Shown piece after piece: positions 1 through 7,900 of a DNA stretch of 13,577 nt. The DNA is taken from positions 1 to 13,577 of the forward strand of contig JAWXBZ010000103.1 in assembly GCA_034440375.1 (NCBI GenBank), given 5' to 3'. Both the position numbers and the translations under genes were made by a program. Every line of letters starts with the position of its first letter. Position 1 is the first letter of the stretch. The notes below the pieces were generated by a model that searched no databases, was not told the DNA's origin, and saw nothing but the letters and a program-made list of their open reading frames with translations. The stretch is from Candidatus Eiseniibacteriota bacterium. Its GTDB lineage: Bacteria > Eisenbacteria > RBG-16-71-46 > JABDJR01 > JAWXBZ01.

Positions 1-1914
1 CTTCGACTGGCGCTGAACGAGGAGGCCCGCACGGACTCGGCGGCAGCGGCCCACGCCATGCGGGAGGTGGCCCGCCTCACGCCGACCAGCGTGCGGGCCG
101 CTCGGGCACGTGCCTGGCTGGCTGAGCATGCGGTTCGGCTGTCGCGCTACGACGAGGCCCTGCCGCTCATGGAATCCCTGGTTGCCGACGCCCCCAAGGG
201 GGACGACGGCGCGACCTGGGCGCGGACCTACGCGCGGGCACTGACCGGTGCCGGCCGTCACGAAGAGGCCGGCCGGGCCTGGCGCCGTCTGTTCCTGGGC
301 TGGCCCGGCAGCCGCGTCACCCGGGCCGGCTGGACCGAATACCTTGCTGATCTGAATAAACGGGGCCAGAATCCAACCGCGGAGGATCGCCTGGCCGGCG
401 GCGTCGTTCTGCTCCGGGCCGGCGATGAGGCGGACGGTTCCGCGCTGCTTGGCACCGTTCGTCAACCGGGCAACCCGATCGAGTTGCGCATCGACGCCGC
501 CGAGAAGGAAGGCGCCTGGCTCTATGGCCGCAAGCGATGGGGCGACGCCCGTCGACTCTACTCCCTGATGGTCGGGCTGGCGGCGGATCAGCCCGCCCGC
601 CGCGCGGATGCGCTGATCAACGAAGCCCGTAGTCTGCGGAACGCCGGCGCCACGGCGGCCATGATCGAGGTGTACGAGACCCTGGCCGCTGATACGACAT
701 CGCCGGCCATGGCGGGTCGCGCACTGTACGAAATGGCCAGGGAGTTCAAAAGCCTTGGTCGCTTCCAGGATACCGATCGCGTTCTGACACGCTATATCGA
801 ACGATTCCCTGATGGGGACGATCTTGTCGCCGCGCTGACGCTGCGTGGCCTGTCGCGCTTCATTGGCAAGAGGTACGGTGACGCCGACGAGGATTTCCGT
901 CTGCTCTCTCGGATGGCCGAACGGCGATCCGACCGGGAGATGGCCGGATTCTGGCGTGGTCGTTGCCGCCTGGCTGTCGGCGACACCGCGGGAGCCATCG
1001 CGGCGATCAAGGCCGGCCTGGATTTTGCCATGCCGGACAACTACTACGGCTACCGCTGCCTGGATCTCCTGGAGAGCCTTGGTGCTGCCGACGCCTCGGT
1101 CCGGTGGCGGCCGGCCCCCCGTTTTGATCCGACGCGAAATCCGTTTGCTCCCGGGGGGCTGGATCAGATCGGGGAGAGGGCCCGCCTGCAGTTTCAGCGC
1201 GGACTGGCGCTGGCCCGCGGCGGATTCGGCGATGCGGCGGCGGTCGATCTGAACAAGGCCGCCGAAATGCTCCCCGATGACCCGTCGATTCTGGAGGTGA
1301 ACGCGGCGCTCGGTGTGCGGCTCGGACTGTACACGTTTGCGATGCAGTCGGCCCGTCGCGCACTGGCTCGTGTTTCCAACGCCGGGGAGGAAGCTCGCCT
1401 CTGGCGCTACGTCTACACTCTCGGCTATCACGATCTGATCGAGCCGGCGGCCCGTGAACTGGCCATTGATCCGATGCTGGTCACCGGGCTCATTCGGCGG
1501 GAGAGCCTCTTCGACGAACGGGCCACGTCAAGGGCGGATGCCCGTGGACTCATGCAGCTGATGCTGCCGACGGCCCGCAGCATGGCCCGGCAACTGGGCG
1601 AGCCCACACCGCTTTCCAATGATCTATACGACCCGGAACTCTCGGTTCGATATGGCACCCGTTACCTTCGCCAGAAGATTGACGAATTCGGCGGCCGGAC
1701 CGAAGTGGCTCTGGCCGCGTACAATGCCGGCGAGGGAAAGGCCCGCGAGTGGCAGGGACTGCTCGACGAGTGGGATCCCGATCTCTTCATGGAACTGATC
1801 GACTACTCGGAGACCAGGGACTACGTGCGGATCGTCAGCTATCACCGGAGCACCTACCATCTCTTCTACGATCCGATGCCCGGATTGGGTCTGCGTGATG
1901 AACTGGCGCGCTGA
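1..1914 (+). CDS. slt: Soluble lytic murein transglycosylase (Slt70-like; TPR/helical repeats plus C-terminal SLT domain), 5'-partial
   Basis: The C-terminal SLT motifs are present: GLIRRES (catalytic Glu, codon 1501-1503), ARGLMQLM, YGTRYL, ALAAYNAG and ETRDYV. The N-terminal part is Ala/Arg-rich with TPR-like helices (e.g. ALYEMAREF, RYIERFP, AGFWRGRC, NYYGYR). The frame is open back to base 1, so the ATG at 58 is probably internal and the signal peptide lies outside the window. Confidence 0.93.
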   Translation, partial: LRLALNEEARTDSAAAAHAMREVARLTPTSVRAARARAWLAEHAVRLSRYDEALPLMESLVADAPKGDDGATWARTYARALTGAGRHEEAGRAWRRLFLGWPGSRVTRAGWTEYLADLNKRGQNPTAEDRLAGGVVLLRAGDEADGSALLGTVRQPGNPIELRIDAAEKEGAWLYGRKRWGDARRLYSLMVGLAADQPARRADALINEARSLRNAGATAAMIEVYETLAADTTSPAMAGRALYEMAREFKSLGRFQDTDRVLTRYIERFPDGDDLVAALTLRGLSRFIGKRYGDADEDFRLLSRMAERRSDREMAGFWRGRCRLAVGDTAGAIAAIKAGLDFAMPDNYYGYRCLDLLESLGAADASVRWRPAPRFDPTRNPFAPGGLDQIGERARLQFQRGLALARGGFGDAAAVDLNKAAEMLPDDPSILEVNAALGVRLGLYTFAMQSARRALARVSNAGEEARLWRYVYTLGYHDLIEPAARELAIDPMLVTGLIRRESLFDERATSRADARGLMQLMLPTARSMARQLGEPTPLSNDLYDPELSVRYGTRYLRQKIDEFGGRTEVALAAYNAGEGKAREWQGLLDEWDPDLFMELIDYSETRDYVRIVSYHRSTYHLFYDPMPGLGLRDELAR

Positions 1915-2497
1915 GCTGATTCGCAAATCGATCCACGTGGCCGTCGGGATCCTGCCGCTGCTCGCCTGGTGGCTCCTGGGGATGTGGCCCGTGCCAACAA
2001 AGGTCGGACTCGTGCTGGGCGCCTGCCTGGCGCTGGTGCTCGACCTGGGGCGCCATCGCCACGCCGGCTGGAATGGCTGGATCGAATCGCATGTCGGTCA
2101 TCTCATGCGATCGCATGAACGGGACGGCCTCCTCGCATCAACACTGATCATGCTGGCAATGGTTCTGGTATTCCTGCTTCTCCCACGGACGCTGGGGCTG
2201 GCCGCCATGCTGTTTCTCCTCATTGGTGATGCCGCGGCGGGAGTCATCGGGAGCCGCTTCGGACGGATACGGCTCAATCGCTGGGCAACGCTCGAGGGGG
2301 TCCTGGCCGGGCTCCTGGCCTCGTTGGCCCTCGTGCCGGTGGTTCATGTCCTCGATCCGGCCGTCCGGCCGATCGTACTGGTCGCGGGGGCGGTGGCTGC
2401 GGTCATCACCGAGGCTTCCATTCCGGGAAAGCTGGACAATCTGGTCATTCCGCTGGTCTCCGGCACGCTGATGCGCGTCCTGTCTCCGGGCGGCTGA
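1898..2497 (+). CDS. Integral membrane CTP-dependent kinase-like protein (dolichol kinase / phytol kinase / Dgk1 family)
   Basis: Multiple hydrophobic helices and family motifs ELIRKSIH, GDAAAGVIGSRFG, TLEG and LDNLVIP. The start is ATG 1898 or GTG 1895, overlapping the slt end by 17-20 nt. Confidence 0.85.
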   Translation: MNWRAELIRKSIHVAVGILPLLAWWLLGMWPVPTKVGLVLGACLALVLDLGRHRHAGWNGWIESHVGHLMRSHERDGLLASTLIMLAMVLVFLLLPRTLGLAAMLFLLIGDAAAGVIGSRFGRIRLNRWATLEGVLAGLLASLALVPVVHVLDPAVRPIVLVAGAVAAVITEASIPGKLDNLVIPLVSGTLMRVLSPGG

Positions 2498-2498
2498 C

Positions 2499-4409
2499 AT
2501 GGTGGCCACCTGCTACACCCTGCGTCCGGGGCCGGAATCAGGATGGGTCACGTTTTTTGAACTCGGTCGCGGCGTTGCCTTCCAGGGCTTTTTTCTCATC
2601 CTCGGGCCCGCGACACCGGCCGGCAGCCGCGCCGATGCGGAGGCACGCCAGGAGGCCCAAACCGTGGCCCGCGCCATCGTGACCGCCTGGAAGAACCGGG
2701 CGGGAACGGAGCTCACCGACTGGCTCGGCGGACTTTCTCGATTGGTCGCCCTGGCGGCCCGACCGATCGAGTACGGCGCGGTCATCCTGAAAGGCGAGGA
2801 AATTCACTTCCTCTGCCAGGGACATGTGCGCGTTTTTCCGTTGACCACCTCGGCCCGCCACCGCTGGGAAGCCGACCTGCCCGGAGCCGGTCAACTCGAG
2901 CGTCGACGCGTGGCGGTTGGAGATCGTTTCTTTTTCGGCCGATTACCGGACGAGCACCTTCGCGGACTTCCGACAACCGACGCACTCGAGGGCGTGGAGC
3001 GGGCGGCCGGCCAGGACGGTGCGCTCATCCTGACGTTTCTCCCCGGTGGAGCACCGTCCGAACCGGCCGGACCCGCACGGCCGGCCCGGGTGTTGCCGTT
3101 TCCCGTCAACCTGGAAGTGATGGCACCCACCCCGGCTCCGATCACCACGGCCCGACGCTTGACGCCGGCCACACCCCTGGTGGAGCCGCCAATCGGGGAG
3201 GCGCCGGCAACGCCGATCGATCCTGTCGCCGACAAGCGGCCGCGACCGCACCTCTGGCCCTGGTTCGCCGCGGGCGCCGGCATTCTGGCCTTGATGGTTT
3301 ACTTCCTGGTCCTGCGTCCCCGGCCCCAGCCATCCGTCCCCGATGGTCGCGCGACCGCCGTTCCATCTATGGCTCCAGCCGAGTCATCCGGGCGCGGCGT
3401 GACAGGGACGATCGGATCGCTGGTCCTGTCGACTTCGGGCGGGAGCGCGGGGATCGCCTGGGAGACGACGCTCGACGGAGCCATCACCGGCACGCCACTG
3501 GTCCTGTCCGACCGCGTCATCGTGGCGTCACGTGATGGGACCATCGCGGCGTTGTCGCGAAATGAGGGCCGCATTCTCTGGTCACACAAGGCGCAAAAGG
3601 GGTTCGGCGGTGGGGCGATCGGAAACGACACGCTGACGGCGGTGGCCGGCTTCGACGGCATCGTGCGGCTGATGTCGCCGGCCGACGGACGGGAGGTGGC
3701 ACGCCTCGCCACCGACAGTCGCATCGCCTCGCCCCCCGCGCGCACCTCGGAGGGATTGATCGTGGCCGGTGCCTATGACCGGACACTCCATGCCCTTGAT
3801 CCGGGCACCGGTCGTCCTGCCTGGAAGGCCAGGCTTGGTGGCATCCTCTGGGCCACTCCGGGTGTGGGGCGGAAGTACCTCTATGCCCCGGGCCTCGACG
3901 GTGTGATGACGGCCGTCAACAGCAAGTGGGGGAGCGTGCTCTGGCGGTTTCGGGCCGGCGGTGAAATCTATTCGTCGCCGGCGGTCACCGATGTGGAAGT
4001 CGTTTTCGGTTGCGAGGACGGCTCGATCTACGCACTCAGCGCCGGTGAGGGGACGCTCCTCTGGCGGGCCCCGGTCGGGCCGGCCGTGTCCGGAGGGGTG
4101 AGAATTCATGAGAACATGATCCTGGTCGGAGATGACGGCGGGATCCTGCACGCCCTCGAGCGCGCCAGTGGGCGGGAAATCTGGCGTTACGCCGCTGGCG
4201 GCTCGATCAAGTCGACACCGCTCGTCGACAGTGGCTGTGTGCTCATTTCGGCCCATGACGGCGCCCTCCACGCCCTGGATCTCCCTACCGGAAACCGGAT
4301 AGGCCGCTACCCGATCGGATCGCCCATCGCCGCCGCCCCGGCCATGAGTGGTGACACCCTGTTCGTCGGTACCCACGACGGCCGCGTGGTGGCTCTCCGC
4401 CTTCGCTGA
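2499..4409 (+). CDS. Single-pass membrane protein with C-terminal PQQ-like (BamB-type repeat) beta-propeller and degenerate PP2C-like N-terminal domain
   Basis: About eight ~40-aa repeats of the type W-x7-I-x-S-S-P-x-V...DG-x-L-x-AL-x3-G from ~aa 320 to the end. A TM helix lies at aa ~252-272 (LWPWFAAGAGILALMVYFLVL), preceded by basic KRPRPH. A Pro-rich linker spans aa ~182-250. There is no N-terminal lipobox, so this is not canonical BamB. It starts 1 nt after the upstream stop. Confidence 0.85.
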   Translation: MVATCYTLRPGPESGWVTFFELGRGVAFQGFFLILGPATPAGSRADAEARQEAQTVARAIVTAWKNRAGTELTDWLGGLSRLVALAARPIEYGAVILKGEEIHFLCQGHVRVFPLTTSARHRWEADLPGAGQLERRRVAVGDRFFFGRLPDEHLRGLPTTDALEGVERAAGQDGALILTFLPGGAPSEPAGPARPARVLPFPVNLEVMAPTPAPITTARRLTPATPLVEPPIGEAPATPIDPVADKRPRPHLWPWFAAGAGILALMVYFLVLRPRPQPSVPDGRATAVPSMAPAESSGRGVTGTIGSLVLSTSGGSAGIAWETTLDGAITGTPLVLSDRVIVASRDGTIAALSRNEGRILWSHKAQKGFGGGAIGNDTLTAVAGFDGIVRLMSPADGREVARLATDSRIASPPARTSEGLIVAGAYDRTLHALDPGTGRPAWKARLGGILWATPGVGRKYLYAPGLDGVMTAVNSKWGSVLWRFRAGGEIYSSPAVTDVEVVFGCEDGSIYALSAGEGTLLWRAPVGPAVSGGVRIHENMILVGDDGGILHALERASGREIWRYAAGGSIKSTPLVDSGCVLISAHDGALHALDLPTGNRIGRYPIGSPIAAAPAMSGDTLFVGTHDGRVVALRLR

Positions 4410-4438
4410 CGGTCGGGCCCACCCGGAGAGCCCGACCG
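4410..4438 (+). terminator. Stem-loop directly after the beta-propeller gene (possible weak terminator or 3' stabilising hairpin)
   Basis: Perfect 9-bp inverted repeat CGGTCGGGC (4410-4418) / GCCCGACCG (4430-4438) with an 11-nt loop. There is no good U-tract after it. Confidence 0.45.
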
Positions 4439-4453
4439 GGATTATCGGGTGAA

Positions 4454-4474
4454 CTGTCAACCATTTCTTGACAG
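4454..4474. promoter_or_regulatory. Perfect inverted repeat CTGTCAA-N7-TTGACAG overlapping the -35 (candidate operator)
   Basis: The arms at 4454-4460 and 4468-4474 are exact reverse complements. Confidence 0.5.
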
Positions 4475-4497
4475 CCCTGCGATGCCAAATCTAATGT
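4468..4497 (+). promoter_or_regulatory. Putative sigma70 promoter of the cold-shock gene
   Basis: Perfect -35 TTGACA (4468-4473), 18-nt spacer, and -10 TAATGT (4492-4497, TAnnnT) in a locally AT-richer intergenic region. Confidence 0.65.
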
Positions 4498-4529
4498 AGG
4501 GGAAACCCGGGGTCCGCCCCCCGGGGATG

Positions 4530-4535
4530 GGAGGA
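4530..4535 (+). promoter_or_regulatory. Shine-Dalgarno site of csp
   Basis: GGAGGA 7 nt upstream of ATG 4543. Confidence 0.8.
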
Positions 4536-4542
4536 TTCGGCA

Positions 4543-4749
4543 ATGGCCACGCGTGGTACGGTCAAGTGGTTCAACGAAACCAAGGGTTACGGCTTCATCA
4601 GTCGGAACGAAGGTCAGGAGGTTTTCGTTCATTTCTCCGCAATTCAAGGCGACGGCTACCGCACTCTTCGGGAGGGTCAGGAGGTCGAGTTCGAGGTGCA
4701 GGAGGGGGAGAGAGGACTCCAGGCTTCGAACGTTGTCCAGTTGATTTAA
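4543..4749 (+). CDS. csp: Cold-shock domain protein (CspA family RNA chaperone), 68 aa
   Basis: GTVKWFN, RNP1 KGYGFI, RNP2 VFVHFSAI, L-x-EGQ-x-VEF and G-x-QA-x-NV motifs, with a strong SD. Confidence 0.97.
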   Translation: MATRGTVKWFNETKGYGFISRNEGQEVFVHFSAIQGDGYRTLREGQEVEFEVQEGERGLQASNVVQLI

Positions 4750-4775
4750 GTTATTGAAATCCAGTAAGTTAATGC

Positions 4776-4807
4776 GTCGCCCGCCCAATGGCGGGCGACT
4801 TTTTGTT
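4776..4807 (+). terminator. Rho-independent terminator of csp
   Basis: Perfect 10-bp GC stem GTCGCCCGCC (4776-4785) / GGCGGGCGAC (4790-4799), loop CAAT, followed by TTTTTGTT. Confidence 0.92.
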
Positions 4808-4854
4808 GCCCTTGACCCCCCCGGCCTTGACGCCGGGGGTATGCTCGGACCGCC

Positions 4855-4884
4855 TTGCCTTGGTCGTCCGTACTCTGATAGCGT
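4855..4884 (+). promoter_or_regulatory. Candidate secA promoter (extended -10 type)
   Basis: TTGCCT (4855-4860), 18-nt spacer, and TG-n-TAGCGT (TG 4876-4877, -10 at 4879-4884). A promoter is expected here because a strong terminator lies just upstream. Confidence 0.4.
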
Positions 4885-4957
4885 TCCGGGGCTTTACCGG
4901 CAGGTTGGGATGGCCGTGGTGGTTCGTCCCCTGGGTTGTTCCCACAAGGAAGCTCAA

Positions 4958-7900
4958 ATGGCAGCAGGATTTATGGGATCGGCGACCAAGTTGGCCACCC
5001 GGCTCTTTGGTACGAAACACGACAAGGACCGGAAACGCCTCGAGCCGCTCGTTGCGGACATCAATGAGGTTTTCAAGGGCCTCGACCGCCTGACCGACGA
5101 CGAACTTCGGGCCCGGACCACCTTCTGGCAGGCCGAATTCAGGGAAATCTGGAACGACCCGGAACTCGATGCGGCCGCCAAGGAAGAGGCCGTCCGCTAC
5201 CAGATGGAGCAGATTCTTCCCGAGGCCTTCGCCGTGGTGAAGGAAGCCTGCCGCCGCCAGGTCGGCACCAGCTGGCCGGTGGTGGGAATCGACACCCGTT
5301 GGGAAATGGTTCCATACGACGTCCAGCTCCTCGGCGGCATCGTTTTGCATGAAGGGAAAATCGCCGAGATGGCTACCGGTGAAGGGAAAACCCTGGTGGC
5401 CGTTCTGCCCCTCTATTTGAACGCCCTGCCCGGGAAGGGGTGTCACCTCGTCACGGTCAACGACTACCTGGCCCGGCGCGACAGCGAGTGGGTGGGCCGC
5501 GTGCTGACCTTCCTGGGCCTCACGGTCGGCGTCATCCAGCATGATCAGCATCCCGATTTGCGTCGCGCTCAATACGATGCGGACGTCACATATGGCACCA
5601 ACAACGAATTTGGATTCGACTACCTGCGGGACAACATGGCGGTCCGGATGGAGGATCGGGTCCAGCGGGGGTTCTGGTACTCGATCGTTGACGAAGTCGA
5701 CTCGGTCCTGATCGACGAAGCGCGAACCCCGCTGATCATCTCGGGTCCCGTGGCCCATTCGATCCAGTACTACGACCAGCTGAAACCATCGGTCGAGCGG
5801 GTCGTCCGCCGGCAGACCCAGATCACCAATGATCTCCTGACGGAGGCGGAGCAGATGGCTGCCGCCGGGGCCCGGAAGAGCGACACGGACTGGGAACTCG
5901 GTGTCAAGCTCCTGCAGGTGCGACGGGGCGCTCCCAAGAACCGCCGCTTCATGAAGCTCATGGCCGAGGACCCCGGTCTGAATCGGGTGATACACAAGAC
6001 CGAGCTCGACTACATCCGTGACAAGCGCATGAACGAGATTGACGCCGCGCTCTGTTACGCCATCGACGAAAAATCGCACTCGATCGACGTCACCGACCTC
6101 GGCCGCGAAACCATCGCCCCCGCGGATCCGGAGATGTTCGTGCTGCCCGACCTGTCGCTCCAGATGGCTGACATCGACGAGGCCGAAATGGAACCGGCTG
6201 ACCGGATCAGGGCCAGGGAGAAGGCCCATCGTGAGTACGCGCAGCGGGCCGACCAGATCCATTCGACACTGCAGATGCTCAAGGCCTATTCCCTGTATGA
6301 GAAGGATGTCGAGTACGTCATCCAGGATTCCAAGATCGTGATCGTCGACGAGTTCACCGGCCGCATGATGCCCGGCCGTCGTTATTCGGACGGCCTGCAC
6401 CAGGCCATCGAGTCCAAGGAAGGGGTCAAGGTCGAGGGGGAAACCCAGACCCTGGCCACGATCACGCTGCAGAATTTTTTCCGCATGTACCGGAAGCTGG
6501 CCGGCATGACCGGAACGGCCGAAACCGAGGCGGGGGAGTTCTTCGGCATCTACAAGCTCGACGTGGTCGTCATCCCGACCAATCGTCCGGCCAAACGCAT
6601 GGACCTGGACGATGTCATCTTTCGAACCCGGCGCGAAAAGTACAACGCGCTCATCGATGAAATTGCCCGGATGAACGAGGTCGGCACGCCGGTGCTGGTC
6701 GGAACGGTGTCGGTCGAAGTCTCGGAGACGCTTTCGCGCCTCCTGGCCCGGCGCGGCATCCGGCACTCGGTGCTGAATGCCAAGCAGCATCAGCGCGAGG
6801 CTGAAATCGTTTCGATGGCCGGACAGAAGGCGGCGGTAACGATCGCCACCAACATGGCCGGTCGAGGCACCGATATCAAGCTCGGAGTTGGAGTCCTCGA
6901 GACCGACATCGAGAAGAACTTCCCGGCCCCGGGCCGGAAGGGGCCGATCGAGCAGGCCGACGTGCGCGGGCTGGCCATCATCGGCACCGAGCGCCACGAG
7001 AGCCGCCGTATCGACCGCCAGCTTCGCGGCCGTTCGGGGCGCCAGGGCGATCCGGGCTCGTCCCGATTCTTCCTGTCACTCGAGGACGACCTGATGCGAC
7101 TCTTCGGCGCCGAGCGAATCAGCGGCATCATGGAAAAAATGGGCATTCAGGAGGGGGAAGTCATCGAACACCCCTGGGTCACCAAGGCCATCGAGCGGGC
7201 GCAGAAGCGGGTGGAGGAGCATAACTTCTCGACGCGCAAGCACCTGATCGAGTACGACGACGTGATGAACAAGCAGCGCGAGGTCATCTACGACCAGCGC
7301 CTGCGCGTGCTGGAGGGGGAGAGCATCAAGGAAACGATGCTCGAGGATCTGGATGCCTACGTGGCTACCGTCGTCGACACGAACATCGATGAAACACTCG
7401 CCCCGGACGAGTGGGATTTGCGCCTGGCGGCGGCGGAGCTCGAGCTGAATCTCCTGAATCCTTTTCCGATTGCCGCCCTCGAAGGTTCTCAATTGGACAA
7501 GGCCTACGTCATCGAATATTTCCGGGAGCTGGCCCTTTCGGCCTATGCCATGAAGGAAGGGGAACTCTCCGAGCCGATCATGCGCGAAGTCGAGCGGCGG
7601 GTGGCCCTGTCGGTGATCGACGAAAACTGGCGGGACCATCTCCACGAGATGGACCTGCTGAAGGAGGGAATCGGTCTCCGTGGCTGGGGGCAGAAGGATC
7701 CGCTCCTCGAGTACAAGAAGGAGGCTTTCGCCACGTTCGCCGAGATGAACGACGTGATCCGGATCGATACGGTGAAGCGGCTCTTCCGGGTAAGCCTTGT
7801 CCGTGAGGCGCCGGAACCTCCGCGGCGTCCGGCCCCTTCCATGACCATGACGCATTCGGGCTTCAACGCCTTCGGTCCGCCCCAGGCGTCCGGGATGGCC

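Noticed and set aside
2499..4409. Calling the propeller protein BamB or a PQQ dehydrogenase
   Set aside because: It has no lipoprotein signal, an internal TM helix with a large N-terminal domain, and short regular blades without dehydrogenase catalytic insertions.
4744..4774. Possible dif site (xerC is nearby; ATTTAAGTTAT partly resembles the XerD arm)
   Set aside because: The match is only partial, the best second arm is 9 bp away rather than 6, and it overlaps the csp stop codon. dif is not normally linked to xerC.
4754..4957. 68-aa N-terminal extension of SecA from the ORF track
   Set aside because: It runs through the csp terminator and the likely promoter. ATG 4958 has an SD and gives a normal SecA N-terminus.
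4769..6997. 742-aa antisense ORF opposite secA (and 7076-8179, 367 aa)
   Set aside because: Both are in exact codon register with secA. The frame stays open because this GC-rich gene avoids TTA/CTA/TCA codons, and the 7076-8179 ORF stops precisely at a rare TCA (7076-7078). There are no recognisable motifs, so these are shadow ORFs.
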